DNA of 64,000 nucleotides from Planctomycetota bacterium (GCA_046290465.1 JBKAGP010000001.1:2496001-2560000), one strand, 5' to 3'. Positions 18,880 to 28,740 are shown, numbered from the stretch's first letter. Notes: generated by a model not told the origin, from the letters alone. A program made the numbers and translations.

Positions 18880-18982
18880 GTCGGGCCTTGCCGTCGAGTC
18901 TTGCGATCAGGCCCTGCGATCGAGCCCTGCGATCGAGCCCTGTTATCGAGCCTTGCCGTGAGGCCGTGGCATCAGGCCTTGA
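18880..18982. repeat. Degenerate 13-bp tandem array, about 8 units, consensus near ATCGAGCCCTGCG
   Basis: GTCGGGCCTTGCC GTCGAGTCTTGCG ATCAGGCCCTGCG ATCGAGCCCTGCG ATCGAGCCCTGTT ATCGAGCCTTGCC GTGAGGCCGTGGC ATCAGGCCTTG. Confidence 0.8.
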
Positions 18983-19061
18983 TCGGATGTCGCCGTCGCC
19001 GCTTGCGGCCGGCTACCTCGCGGACGTGCTTTCCGTGCCTTCGCCGAAGCGAAGGGGAAAG

Positions 19062-19150
19062 TGGTGCCCAGGAGAGGACTTGAACCTCCAATCCCCGTTA
19101 GGAGAACTAGCACCTCAAGCTAGCGCGTCTGCCAATTCCGCCACCTGGGC
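19062..19150 (-). tRNA. tRNA-Leu (anticodon GAG)
   Basis: Reverse complement GCCCAGGTGGCGGAATTGGCAGACGCGCTAGCTTGAGGTGCTAG...GGTTCAAGTCC...CTGGGCACCA: cloverleaf, long variable arm, encoded CCA. Confidence 0.97.
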
Positions 19151-19281
19151 GTCCAGCGAGGGCCGAAGACCATATCGGCTCGGATACGGTTTTCAAGCCT
19201 CCTGCATCGGCCATCGGGCGCCCTGGATCGAGGGCGCTCGGAGCCGGGCGTCGGCCGGCCCCGAGCGCATCCGGAGCCGGT

Positions 19282-21432
19282 TCAGAAGTCGCCCATCAGG
19301 CGGAGCTGGTAGCGGATGAAGTTCTTCTCGAGTTCGAGCTGCAGGGCGGCGCCCTTGAACATCTGGCTGATGCCGCGCATCTGCTCGAGCGCCTGCCGAT
19401 CCTCCGCCGAGAAGTTGGTGCGCTCCTTGGTCCACTTCTCGCGCAGGTAGGCCACGACCTTCTGATCGAACTCGCCGTTCTGCTGGGTCAGGTTGCGCGG
19501 CATGCTCGCCTTGCTCGGGTACTGCGGGTAGTGCTTGCGGCGCACGTAGTCCTCGGCGGTCGGCCGCGTCAGCATCATCCACTCGGGGTCGGGCTGGGCG
19601 CTGCTCGAGTCCGCGAACGCCAGGTAGTCGTCGAGCACCGGCTGCATCTGCTCGCCGTCGACCCACAGCAGGCCACTCAGCACCGGCGCGAGCTCCTGCT
19701 CGACCCGTGAGAAGTGCTCGAGGTCGCGGATCGAACGCTTGCCGGACTGCGCGCCGTAGCGCGTGCGCAGGATGTCGCGGATCAGCGGTCCCGAGTTCGA
19801 GACGACGAAGAAGTCGCCGAACTGGATCATCGCGATCTGGCCGGTCGCCGGGATCTGCGGGTTGCAGAACTCGCTGACGCGCTCGCTGAAGTTGCGGGTC
19901 TGGCCGTCGGCGCCGGCGACGTACGGCACCGACAGGTAGTAGACCTTGCGGAAGCCGAAGCTGGTGTAGTAGTCGCGCAGCATCTTCGACAGCGACTCGA
20001 CCAGCTGGGCGCCGCCGGGACGCAGCCAGAACACCCACGCGACCTGCGGCATCGGCGACTTCGCCGCGACCGGCACCATCAGCTCGCCGGTCTCCTTGTC
20101 GCGCGACGTGTCCGGGATGTTTCGCCGGAACACGAAGCCCGTGCGCGGCAGGAACGCGATGCGGATCCGTTCGATCAGGTCGTTGGCGTCGGTGACCTGC
20201 TGGCCGCTGAAGCTCGACCGCCGCAGCGCGTCGTTGATCAGGCTCTTCTCGTCCTGCTCGAGCGCGTCGAACATCGCGTGCAGGAACTCGCCGGACGGCA
20301 TGCGCAGCGCGGCGGCGGCGCAGGCGTCGTCGGGCACCATGCTGAGGAACGGATCGAGCCAGTCCTCGCGGCGCTGCTTCTCGGCCGTGTAGAAGCTGTC
20401 CTGGAACGGCGTGTGCTGGCGGCTGTTGAGGCCGAGCTGGCCGGTCGCGCCGAGGAAGCCGTTCTCGAACATCAGGCCGCCGGTCACCTGCTGCCAGCCC
20501 TTCAGGTTGAGGAAGCTGGCCAGCACGCGCTCGTTCATGCTGTCGCGATTCTGCGGGTTCGGCCAGCCGGCCGCGAAGCGACGGAAGCCGTCGTAGGCGT
20601 TCGGCTCGACCAGGAACTCGAGCACGTTGGGATCGTCGACGTCGTTGCGCACCGACCACTCCTCGATGCGCGCCAGCGCGCCGTCCGTGTACGCCGGCTG
20701 CTGGCCGATCGGTTCGACGTCGCGGCTGCCGTCGATCAGCTGCTGCGACTCGTCGAGCAGCACGGTGTTGTTGGCGATCATCAACAGATCGAGGTAGCGC
20801 CGGATGTAGACCGCCTGGCCGTTGGGCGGCGTGACCACCATCACGTCTTCCTCGGTGGTCAGCTTCATGCCCTGCTCCTCGAGCATGCCCTGCACGAAGC
20901 CGAAGCCGGCCAGGCCGTGCAGCATCTTGACCCGCCAGTTGACGCGCGCGTAGACGCACCACTGCGGCTCGGCCAGCGGTCGCGCCGGCTGCACCGAGTA
21001 GTCCTGGTTGTAGCCGGCGACGATCACCTCCTCGCCGATCACGTCGCGCATGATGTCGAGGAAGCCGCCCGAGTCGGCCGCGATCTTCTCGAACTGCGCG
21101 CGCGCGTTCTCGATCGCCCGGTCGTGCCCGTTCTGGAAGAAGCTCTGGCCGAGGCTGCCGTCGCGCACCGCCTGGAAGCCGCGCGAATCGGTCATCGCGA
21201 GCCAGAACTTCGGCTGCGGGAACGGATCGAAGTCCTCGCTGAGGTTCTCCTTGCGCACGAAGAAGTTGACGCCACGCGGGACCGCGTCCCGCAGCGACGG
21301 CAGCGAGCCCTCGAACGGGTTGTAGATGAACGCCGAGACGAACATCAGCAGGAACACGATCAGTCCGACGACGGACAGCAACAACGTGCGCCAGATGCGA
21401 CGCTTCTTGGTCTTGGGCTTCGACTTGGCCAT
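19282..21432 (-). CDS. Large N-terminally anchored hypothetical protein (716 aa)
   Basis: Basic N-terminus plus one TM helix, strong GC3 bias; no family recognised. Confidence 0.8.
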   Translation of the reverse strand: MAKSKPKTKKRRIWRTLLLSVVGLIVFLLMFVSAFIYNPFEGSLPSLRDAVPRGVNFFVRKENLSEDFDPFPQPKFWLAMTDSRGFQAVRDGSLGQSFFQNGHDRAIENARAQFEKIAADSGGFLDIMRDVIGEEVIVAGYNQDYSVQPARPLAEPQWCVYARVNWRVKMLHGLAGFGFVQGMLEEQGMKLTTEEDVMVVTPPNGQAVYIRRYLDLLMIANNTVLLDESQQLIDGSRDVEPIGQQPAYTDGALARIEEWSVRNDVDDPNVLEFLVEPNAYDGFRRFAAGWPNPQNRDSMNERVLASFLNLKGWQQVTGGLMFENGFLGATGQLGLNSRQHTPFQDSFYTAEKQRREDWLDPFLSMVPDDACAAAALRMPSGEFLHAMFDALEQDEKSLINDALRRSSFSGQQVTDANDLIERIRIAFLPRTGFVFRRNIPDTSRDKETGELMVPVAAKSPMPQVAWVFWLRPGGAQLVESLSKMLRDYYTSFGFRKVYYLSVPYVAGADGQTRNFSERVSEFCNPQIPATGQIAMIQFGDFFVVSNSGPLIRDILRTRYGAQSGKRSIRDLEHFSRVEQELAPVLSGLLWVDGEQMQPVLDDYLAFADSSSAQPDPEWMMLTRPTAEDYVRRKHYPQYPSKASMPRNLTQQNGEFDQKVVAYLREKWTKERTNFSAEDRQALEQMRGISQMFKGAALQLELEKNFIRYQLRLMGDF

Positions 21433-21571
21433 TCCGCGGAGCAGCGTAGCGAACGGGTGCAGGTGGCTGCACGGCCGTTCTGGTGGATGACGTCAGCCGG
21501 CTTGGACGGACCGTCCGGTGAGACCTTCCCGCGGGTTTGCCTTGGCCCGGGCGGGCGGTTCTACTCCGTCC

Positions 21572-22759
21572 ATGACCGGCCTCGTCCCCAACGCACGTTC
21601 CCGTCGCATCGAGGCGTCGGCGACCCTCGCGATCACCGCCGAAGCCGCCCGCCTGAAGGCCGAGGGCCACGACGTGGTCTCGCTCGGCGCCGGCGAGCCG
21701 GACTTTCCGACGCCGGAGCCGATCGCCCGCGCCGGCATCGAGGCGATCGAACGTCACGACTATCGCTACACCGCCGCCGCCGGCACGCCGGCGCTGCGCA
21801 AGGCCGGCGCCGCCTGGCTCGGCGAGCAGTTCGGCCTCGACTACGCAGCCGACGAGGTGATGGTCTCGTCCGGCGCCAAGGGCGCGCTGCACATGGCGCT
21901 CGACACGATCGTCGAGCCGGGGGACCGCGTCCTGATCCTGGCCCCCTACTGGGTCAGCTACCCGGCGCTGGTGACGATGGCCGACGGCGAGCCGTTCGTC
22001 GTCGCCGCGCTGCCGCAGCGCGGCTTCATCCACGACGAGGCGACCCTCGAGAAGGCCGCCGCCGACAGCGGCGCCAGCGGCGTGATCGTCAACTGGCCCA
22101 ACAACCCGTCCGGCGCAGTGCCGTCCCGGCACGACGTGCAGGCGCTGGTCGACCTGTGCGCCCGCCGCGACATGTGGATCGTGTCCGACGAGATCTACGC
22201 GACGCTGCTCTACGACGGCGCGCAGCACATCTCGCCGGCCAACGTGCCGGGCGGCCGCGAACGCACCGTCGTGGTCAGCGGCTTCACCAAGAGCCACACG
22301 CTGACCGGTTGGCGCACCAGCTTCATGGCCGGCCCCAAGGACGTGATCGCGGCCGCCGGCCGCATCCAGAGCCAGGTGCTCGGCAACCCGTGCACGATCA
22401 GCCAGGCGGCGATGCAGAAGGCCTGCGAGCTGCCGCTGCCCGACGACCAGGCGACCCGCATGCAGGCGTTCGGCGAGCGCCGCGCGTTCTTGCTCGAGCG
22501 CATCAATGCGATCCCGGGCATGTCGCTCGCGCCGCCGAAGGGCGCCTTCTACGCGCTGATCGACATCCGGCCAATCTGCGAGCAGCGCGGCATCGACGAC
22601 TTCACCGTGTGCCGGCAGCTGCTCGAGCAGCAGCACCTGGCGCTGGTTCCCGGCAGCGCGTTCGCGGCGCCGGGCTTCATCCGGGCCAGCTACGCGGCGT
22701 CGCTGGAGACGCTGCAGAAGGCCGTCGAACGTCTCGAGAAGTGGGTGCAGGGCGCGTGA
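21572..22759 (+). CDS. Class I PLP-dependent (aspartate) aminotransferase
   Basis: GAGEPDFPTP, GAK, PYWVSY, PNNPSG, SDEIY, SGFTKSHTLTGWR. Confidence 0.93.
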   Translation: MTGLVPNARSRRIEASATLAITAEAARLKAEGHDVVSLGAGEPDFPTPEPIARAGIEAIERHDYRYTAAAGTPALRKAGAAWLGEQFGLDYAADEVMVSSGAKGALHMALDTIVEPGDRVLILAPYWVSYPALVTMADGEPFVVAALPQRGFIHDEATLEKAAADSGASGVIVNWPNNPSGAVPSRHDVQALVDLCARRDMWIVSDEIYATLLYDGAQHISPANVPGGRERTVVVSGFTKSHTLTGWRTSFMAGPKDVIAAAGRIQSQVLGNPCTISQAAMQKACELPLPDDQATRMQAFGERRAFLLERINAIPGMSLAPPKGAFYALIDIRPICEQRGIDDFTVCRQLLEQQHLALVPGSAFAAPGFIRASYAASLETLQKAVERLEKWVQGA

Positions 22760-23856
22760 ACCACGACGAACAGAAGCAGCAGATCGTGCTCGCCGGCAAC
22801 CTCGGCGAACTGGAAGGGGACCGTGAGTACGACGCGTTCGCGCGGCTGCAGTCGGTCAAGGAGTTCGAGACCAAGACCGGCAAGCCGTTCCTGGTGCTCG
22901 ACCTCGCCGACCTGCACAGCGCGGTCTCGGGCAAGATCTGGTCCGACGCCGAGGACGCGATGGAGGCGGCGCGTGCGGCGACGCCCGGCTGCTTCGTCAA
23001 GGTGCGCGGCCGCACCCAGGTCTACCAGGGCAACCTGCAGCTGATCGTCAGCCACCTCAAGATCATCACCGCCGACGAGGCCCCGAAGGGCTTCGATCCG
23101 GACCAGCTGATCGACCCCGCGCTCGCGAACGTCGAGGACCTGATCTGCCGCACGCTGGTGTTCGACATCGAGACCGTGCCGGCGCTGGATCGGCGCGAGC
23201 TGCCGTCGACGGTGGCCGAGGCGCTGTCCGACAACGCCGCCAAGAAGGAGATGGACACGTCCGCGGTGATGGGCATGTCGCCGTTCTTCGGCAAGGTCGT
23301 GTCGCTGGCGATCGGCGACGGCGACGCCGAGCCCGGCAGCGGCGACGACGAGGTCACCGTGCTGGCGGTGCCGCCGGACGGCTTCGAGGAGCCCGAGGGC
23401 GGCGTGCCCGACTACGTGCGGCTGATGAGCGAGGAAGAACTGCTGCGCGCGTTCTGGGCGCTCGCCTCCAAGGCCGAGTGCGTGGTCTCGTACAACGGCC
23501 GCGGCTTCGACGTCCCGTTCGTGGTCACGCGCAGCCTGATCCACGGCATCCCCGCGCGCGTCGACCTGGTCAGCGGCCGGTTCTCGCTGCGCCCCCACCT
23601 CGACCTGTTCGAACTGGTCAGCCAGCGAGGCCGCGGCCCGAGCAAGCTCGACGTGGTCTGCTGGGCGCTCGGCATCGAGAGCCCGAAGGAGGTCATGGAC
23701 GGCTCCATGGTCGCCCCGGCCTACGCCCGCGGCGAGATCCTGAAGATCGCCGAATACAACGCCCACGACGTTCGCGCCACCAGCGCCGTCTACCGCAAGT
23801 GCCGCGACCTGATCCTGCGCTTCCGTTCCGACTGGGCCCCCACCCGCCGAAAGTAG
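22756..23856 (+). CDS. OB fold fused to a PolB-type DEDDy 3'-5' exonuclease
   Basis: N-terminus GKPFLVLDLAD...GKIW...VKVRG....YQGNLQL (YhaM-like OB); ExoI FDIET, ExoII YNGRGFD, ExoIII EYNAHD. GTG start overlaps the upstream stop. Confidence 0.85.
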   Translation: MNHDEQKQQIVLAGNLGELEGDREYDAFARLQSVKEFETKTGKPFLVLDLADLHSAVSGKIWSDAEDAMEAARAATPGCFVKVRGRTQVYQGNLQLIVSHLKIITADEAPKGFDPDQLIDPALANVEDLICRTLVFDIETVPALDRRELPSTVAEALSDNAAKKEMDTSAVMGMSPFFGKVVSLAIGDGDAEPGSGDDEVTVLAVPPDGFEEPEGGVPDYVRLMSEEELLRAFWALASKAECVVSYNGRGFDVPFVVTRSLIHGIPARVDLVSGRFSLRPHLDLFELVSQRGRGPSKLDVVCWALGIESPKEVMDGSMVAPAYARGEILKIAEYNAHDVRATSAVYRKCRDLILRFRSDWAPTRRK

Positions 23857-23869
23857 CGGTACGCTACTT

Positions 23870-25213
23870 TCAGAGGACCAGGGCGTTGCGGCAGCCGGGG
23901 GGCAGGGCGTCGAGGCAGAGCTGCTGGAGCTTGCGGCGCTTGTGCTTGTCCTCGAGGGAGGTGAACACGAACAGCTTCCACATGCGCGGGTAGCTGTCGG
24001 CCAGGTCGCGCAGGCGCGGGATGTCGTCGACGAACGCGTCGAGCGGCAGCGTGCGTTCGCCACTCCCGGGGAAGCGCACCAGCGTGCGCGCCTCCTTCAG
24101 CTGCATCTTCCGCTTGGGGCAGTAGAGCAGGATGTCGACGTCCTCACCGAGCAGCTGCCGCGCCTGCTGCTCCATGCGCTGCTCCCACGCGAACCGCTCC
24201 TCCTGGCGCCCCGGGGCGAAGTAGGTCTCGACCAGCTCGTCCTGCACGTCGCGGTTCTGCGCGTACGGCAGCGCCAGCACGCGCTTGGGCAGCGCACGCC
24301 GCCGGAACCGCGCGACGAACCGACGCAGGCGTTCGGTCGCGGCCGCATCGCCGAGGTCGACGTCGCCGAGCCGCACGACCAGCGACTCGTCGGTCATGCC
24401 CTGCAGCTCCTCCCCGGTCAGCGCGCCGGCGCGCATCGCCAGCTCGACCATGCGCGACAGGAGCGCGCCGGCGGCGACCTTGGCGTGGTGGTAGTAGACC
24501 CGTTCGCTGAAGTGGTAGCGGCACTCGAGCACGCGCAGCAACTCGCTGACGATGTCCTCGCGCAGCATGCCGTTCTTCTCGCAGTCGACGAACATCTCGC
24601 CGGTCCGGCGATCGATGCGGAAGTAGTCGACGACGCGCCGGTCGTAGCGCAGCTCGAGGCCGGTGTAGAGCGCGTCGCGTCGCAGGTAGTCGAGCAGGTC
24701 GGCGTCGATCGTGTCGCTGACGACCTGCCGCCAGAACGGCGGCACGGTGCGGCCGCGCCCGGTCAGCACCGCCAGCACGTCGTCGCGCAGCCCCTGCCGG
24801 TCGAGCTCTTCGCCGAGCTCGCTGTCGCCGAGCACCAGCTCGAAGCGCTCCGGCAGGTCGTGCCGCGGCAGCAGCCCGGTCTGGTCCTCGATGTTGTGGC
24901 CGTACGGGATGTGCGTGACGTCGTGCAGCAGCGCCGCCGCGCGCAGCACGCGCCGCTCTTCGTCGGTCACCCGATGGCAGCCGGCCGGATCGCGCGACGC
25001 GTTCTTGTTGCAGGCGTCGAGCAGCCGGTCGCAGACGTGCAGCGTGCCGATCGAATGCTCGAAGCGCGTGTGCACCGAGCCCGGGTAGACGAACGCCGCG
25101 CTGCCGAGCTGCTTGATGCCGCGCAGACGCTGGAACTCGGCCGTGTCGACGAGCCGCAGCTCGTCGCGGCTCAGCTCGATGTCGCCGTGGACGGGGTCGC
25201 GGAGGATGCTCAA
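23870..25213 (-). CDS. HD-domain phosphohydrolase, SAMHD1/YwfO-like dNTPase family
   Basis: RDPVHG, FQRLRGIKQLG, HTRFEHSIG, LLHD, DADLLDYLRRD, VYYH. Start (TTG) uncertain. Confidence 0.9.
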   Translation of the reverse strand: MSILRDPVHGDIELSRDELRLVDTAEFQRLRGIKQLGSAAFVYPGSVHTRFEHSIGTLHVCDRLLDACNKNASRDPAGCHRVTDEERRVLRAAALLHDVTHIPYGHNIEDQTGLLPRHDLPERFELVLGDSELGEELDRQGLRDDVLAVLTGRGRTVPPFWRQVVSDTIDADLLDYLRRDALYTGLELRYDRRVVDYFRIDRRTGEMFVDCEKNGMLREDIVSELLRVLECRYHFSERVYYHHAKVAAGALLSRMVELAMRAGALTGEELQGMTDESLVVRLGDVDLGDAAATERLRRFVARFRRRALPKRVLALPYAQNRDVQDELVETYFAPGRQEERFAWEQRMEQQARQLLGEDVDILLYCPKRKMQLKEARTLVRFPGSGERTLPLDAFVDDIPRLRDLADSYPRMWKLFVFTSLEDKHKRRKLQQLCLDALPPGCRNALVL

Positions 25214-25254
25214 GCAACGCAGGCTAGCGCGCGCGGCAACCTCCGCAACACCAA

Positions 25255-28200
25255 CTAGAACCGGAACGGCAGCCGCAGGAAGCGCAGCTCGGGCAGTTCC
25301 TGGCCCGGCGTCAAGAACGGCGGCTGGGCCGCGCCCGGCCGGAACTGCAGGTCGAACGTCACGTCCCACATCACGTAGCGCGGCGCGCCGGCGTCGAGGT
25401 AGTCCGCGAGGTCCTGGTCAGACCAGTCGTAGAAGAACTCGCCCTCGCCCTGCGGGAACCGCTGCGAGGCCTGCGAACCGCCGGGGTCGCGGTGGAACGC
25501 GAACCCGATGCGCACGTTGCCGACCGGCACGCGCGGCTGGCCGACCGCGCCGTAGGTCGAGCCGAGCGATTCGGTGCCGTCGACCCGCACCTCGAAGAAC
25601 TTGGCGCGGATCTGCACGTCGGCAGCGGCCGCCGGCAGCGGTCCGCGCGACGCGTCCAGCCACAGCGTGTCGGCGTCGTGCGCCAGCACGCCGTAGCCCT
25701 GCAGCACGCCGCCCGACGCGTTGCGCAGCTCGGCTTCGTAGTGCACGTAGCGCGGCTCGTCGCCGAGCGCCGGCGCAGCCAGTTCGATGCGGTAGGCCGG
25801 CCGACCGAGATGGTTGGCCTGCGCGTCGACCGACGCGACCGGCACCGCCGCGACCACCGTCTGGTAGCGCGCCTCGACGTTGTTCTCACCGAGCGGCCCG
25901 TAGTCGACGTAGCCGTCCGGGCGCGTGCCCCCCCACTGGAACCGCGGACCGGCGACCGCTCCGCCGCTGGTGTCGAGGCCGCGCGGCGCGCCGTCGGGAC
26001 CGGGCAGCTCCCGCCGCTGGCTGCGGCCGGTGTCGATCCACTTCGAGCGCATGCGCGACTTCGCCTGGATCGTCGCCGGCAGCAGCACCGGCGCCGGCCG
26101 GATGTCACCCTCGACCTTGCCGATCTCGGTCAGGTTGCCGTCGTCGTCGCGGTAGTCGCCGGCGGCGTCCGGAAAGCCCTGCCACGCGATCAGCTGCTGC
26201 TTGGCGAGCCCGGTGATCGGGTTCTGCCAGTTCGATCCGGGCAGGAAGAACTCGATGTTGTCGTCGAGCACGGTGTTGGTGCCGTCGCCGTTGTCGCCGG
26301 GCGGCACCATCAGCTGCACCACGCCCATCCCGCCGAGGCCGCCCGACGGGTTGGTGTCGTAGCTGTTGCCCGAGATCATCTGCTGGCCGCTCTGCGGGTA
26401 CTTGCCCGCCACCTCGATACCGGTGCCGAAGCCCCCGACCCGGCCGACGCCGCCGTCCGCCGAGACCGCGAACGTGTAGTCGCGATCCTGGAACTGCGGG
26501 TTGCTCGGAGCGCCGTAGAGGTAGCGGTTGCTGCCCGAGTCGCCGTGCGCCTCGATCTGGATCGCCTTCGCCGACATCAGCACGACCATGCCGCCGGCGC
26601 CGCCGCCGCCGCCGCCCGCGTTGCCGCAGTTGCCGGCCTGTTCGCCGCCGCCGCCGTCGCCGCCGTCGGCGCTGATGCGACCGCTCGCCGCGATGCGGAT
26701 CTCCTCGAGCGCCTGCACGATCAGCACACCGCCGCCGCCGCCGCCACCGCCGCCGGAGAAGTCGGTGAACCACGGCTGGCCGTCCGGCGCGCAGGTGTCG
26801 CCACCGCCGCCACCACCGCCGCCGCCGGTCGGCACGTCGAGTTCGCCGGTGATGCGCAGCCGCCGGTTGAGGTCGATCGCGCTGCCCCAGAAGTTGTTGT
26901 CGACGCGCGAATCGGTGAACGCCAGGTCGCCCGGCAGCCCGCCGCCGAGGAACTGGTCGCGGTTGCCGGACGAGCCCGAGCAGCCCGAACCGCCGTAGCC
27001 ATAGATCTGCTGGAACGCGGTCTCCGCCGACGTCGCCGAGTTCGGCACGATCGTCTCGAACGCGGCCTGCGTGATGTTGAGCCAGTTGACGTCCCCCTGC
27101 GTCGCCATGCCGCCGCCACCGCCGCCGCTGCCGCCGCCGCTGCCGTTGTAGAACGTCGGCGAGGTGTTGGTGTAGCAGGCGAGGCTGCACGAGATCAGCC
27201 CGCCGCGACCGCCCCGGCCGGCCGCCTGGCCGCCGCCGCGACCGGCGGCGCCGGTCTGGTCGCGACCCGAACCGCTCGGCGAACCTTCGCCGCCGTTGCC
27301 GCCGCCGCACGAACCGACGCCGCCGGCCTTGGCGAAGTTGGCCGCACGCAGCGTGTCGACGCGCGCGCCGTCGCCGCCGTCGACGGTCAGCGTGCCCTCG
27401 ACCGTGAAGCGGCCGCTGCAGCGCCAGATCATCGGGTTGGGCCCCTGACCGACGACGCGCACCCCCTGCGGGATGGTCACGTCGCGGAACCGGAACACGC
27501 CGCCGTTGACGGTGAACGGCAGCCCGTTCTCCGGCACGACCTGCGTGAACGAAGTGTTGAGCACGACCTCGTTGGCGAGCGGTCGGTAGTCGAGCGTGGT
27601 GCCGTTGCCGCCGAAGTCGAAGCCCGCCCGCAGGAAGCCGGCGCCGACCTGCGCGACCGACTCGGGGAACACCGCGCCGAAGTCGATGTTCCGCAGGTCG
27701 CGGAAGTCCTCGACGATCGCGTTCCACTGCTGCCGGTAGGCGCCGCTGGTCCGGAACGTGCCGAACACGCGCTGGTAGGCGCCGTTGTCGAGGTTGTTCT
27801 CACCGGCGATGTCCTCGACCGTCGGTTCGACCACGACGCGGATCTCGGCGTTGTTGGGCAACACGCCGACCGGCTCGAGCGCGACCGTCGCGCCGTCGAG
27901 GTCGTTGCGCTCGATCGTGACGAGCGCCGGGATCCACGTGAAGTCCTCGGGGTCGGACGGGTCGTCCAGCTCCGGATCCTTGTACTCCATGTAGATGCGG
28001 CCGCGGTCGGCCTCGTCGCGCACCAACGGGTCGTTGTCGAGCGCGACCGGGATGTTGGCCGAACGCGGGTTGAGCGCCTGGTCGAACGACAGCCGCACCT
28101 GCACCGGCGGCGACCCCATCAGACCGAGTGGCACGTCTTCGAGCGACGTCGCGGTGCTGACGTCGAAGCCGACGCGGACCGGGCCCCCGGCCTTCGGGTT

Positions 28201-28740
28201 GCGGAACAGCTGCGCCGGCTGGGTGCCGTCGACGGTGTCGAAGCCGATCGTCGCCGGTCGCTCGAGGCCGCGGCCATTGGTCGACCGCAGCTCGGTGCCG
28301 TTCTGTTCCTTGCCGCCGACCAGCTGCACGCGGTAGCGCGCCCCGGGCCGGAAGCCGCCGTTGTTGAGGTCCTCGTTGTCGGGGTAGCTCGGCACGAACA
28401 GCAGCCGCCGTCCGGGCTCGGCGTCGCCGGTCCGGGTGCCGACCTGGAACGTGCCGGTCACGAACTGCGTCGTCGGCAGGCCGGTCTCGTCGAGCACCGC
28501 GAACGACACCGTGCTCAGGTTGGCCGAGTCGAGGTCGACCGGCTCGGTGAAGTCGAACGCGATCGGATCGTTGAGGTAGATCGTCGCGCCGTCCGTCGGC
28601 TCGGTCGCGTCGAGCACGAAGTCGCCGCCGGCGCGGCCCTCACCCACTCCTCCACCGCCTCCGCCACCGCACGCGGCGAACAGCAGCAACGACGACCCCA
28701 CCAGTACACAACGGTCCCACGCCATGGTCCGACCTCTCAT
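25255..28740 (-). CDS. Large Gly-rich surface lipoprotein with N-terminal Ig-like domain
   Basis: Lipobox FAAC followed by poly-Gly; Ig-like pattern P.DG.T....D.I...F..PVD; several GGGGG tracts in the centre. Confidence 0.8.
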   Translation of the reverse strand: MRGRTMAWDRCVLVGSSLLLFAACGGGGGGGVGEGRAGGDFVLDATEPTDGATIYLNDPIAFDFTEPVDLDSANLSTVSFAVLDETGLPTTQFVTGTFQVGTRTGDAEPGRRLLFVPSYPDNEDLNNGGFRPGARYRVQLVGGKEQNGTELRSTNGRGLERPATIGFDTVDGTQPAQLFRNPKAGGPVRVGFDVSTATSLEDVPLGLMGSPPVQVRLSFDQALNPRSANIPVALDNDPLVRDEADRGRIYMEYKDPELDDPSDPEDFTWIPALVTIERNDLDGATVALEPVGVLPNNAEIRVVVEPTVEDIAGENNLDNGAYQRVFGTFRTSGAYRQQWNAIVEDFRDLRNIDFGAVFPESVAQVGAGFLRAGFDFGGNGTTLDYRPLANEVVLNTSFTQVVPENGLPFTVNGGVFRFRDVTIPQGVRVVGQGPNPMIWRCSGRFTVEGTLTVDGGDGARVDTLRAANFAKAGGVGSCGGGNGGEGSPSGSGRDQTGAAGRGGGQAAGRGGRGGLISCSLACYTNTSPTFYNGSGGGSGGGGGGMATQGDVNWLNITQAAFETIVPNSATSAETAFQQIYGYGGSGCSGSSGNRDQFLGGGLPGDLAFTDSRVDNNFWGSAIDLNRRLRITGELDVPTGGGGGGGGGDTCAPDGQPWFTDFSGGGGGGGGGVLIVQALEEIRIAASGRISADGGDGGGGEQAGNCGNAGGGGGGAGGMVVLMSAKAIQIEAHGDSGSNRYLYGAPSNPQFQDRDYTFAVSADGGVGRVGGFGTGIEVAGKYPQSGQQMISGNSYDTNPSGGLGGMGVVQLMVPPGDNGDGTNTVLDDNIEFFLPGSNWQNPITGLAKQQLIAWQGFPDAAGDYRDDDGNLTEIGKVEGDIRPAPVLLPATIQAKSRMRSKWIDTGRSQRRELPGPDGAPRGLDTSGGAVAGPRFQWGGTRPDGYVDYGPLGENNVEARYQTVVAAVPVASVDAQANHLGRPAYRIELAAPALGDEPRYVHYEAELRNASGGVLQGYGVLAHDADTLWLDASRGPLPAAAADVQIRAKFFEVRVDGTESLGSTYGAVGQPRVPVGNVRIGFAFHRDPGGSQASQRFPQGEGEFFYDWSDQDLADYLDAGAPRYVMWDVTFDLQFRPGAAQPPFLTPGQELPELRFLRLPFRF

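Noticed and set aside
18880..18982. Possible CRISPR array
   Set aside because: Units are 13 bp, contiguous and have no spacers; no cas genes are present.
15541..19150. Genomic island integrated at tRNA-Leu
   Set aside because: No integrase, no duplicated tRNA 3' end seen in the window, and codon usage looks native.
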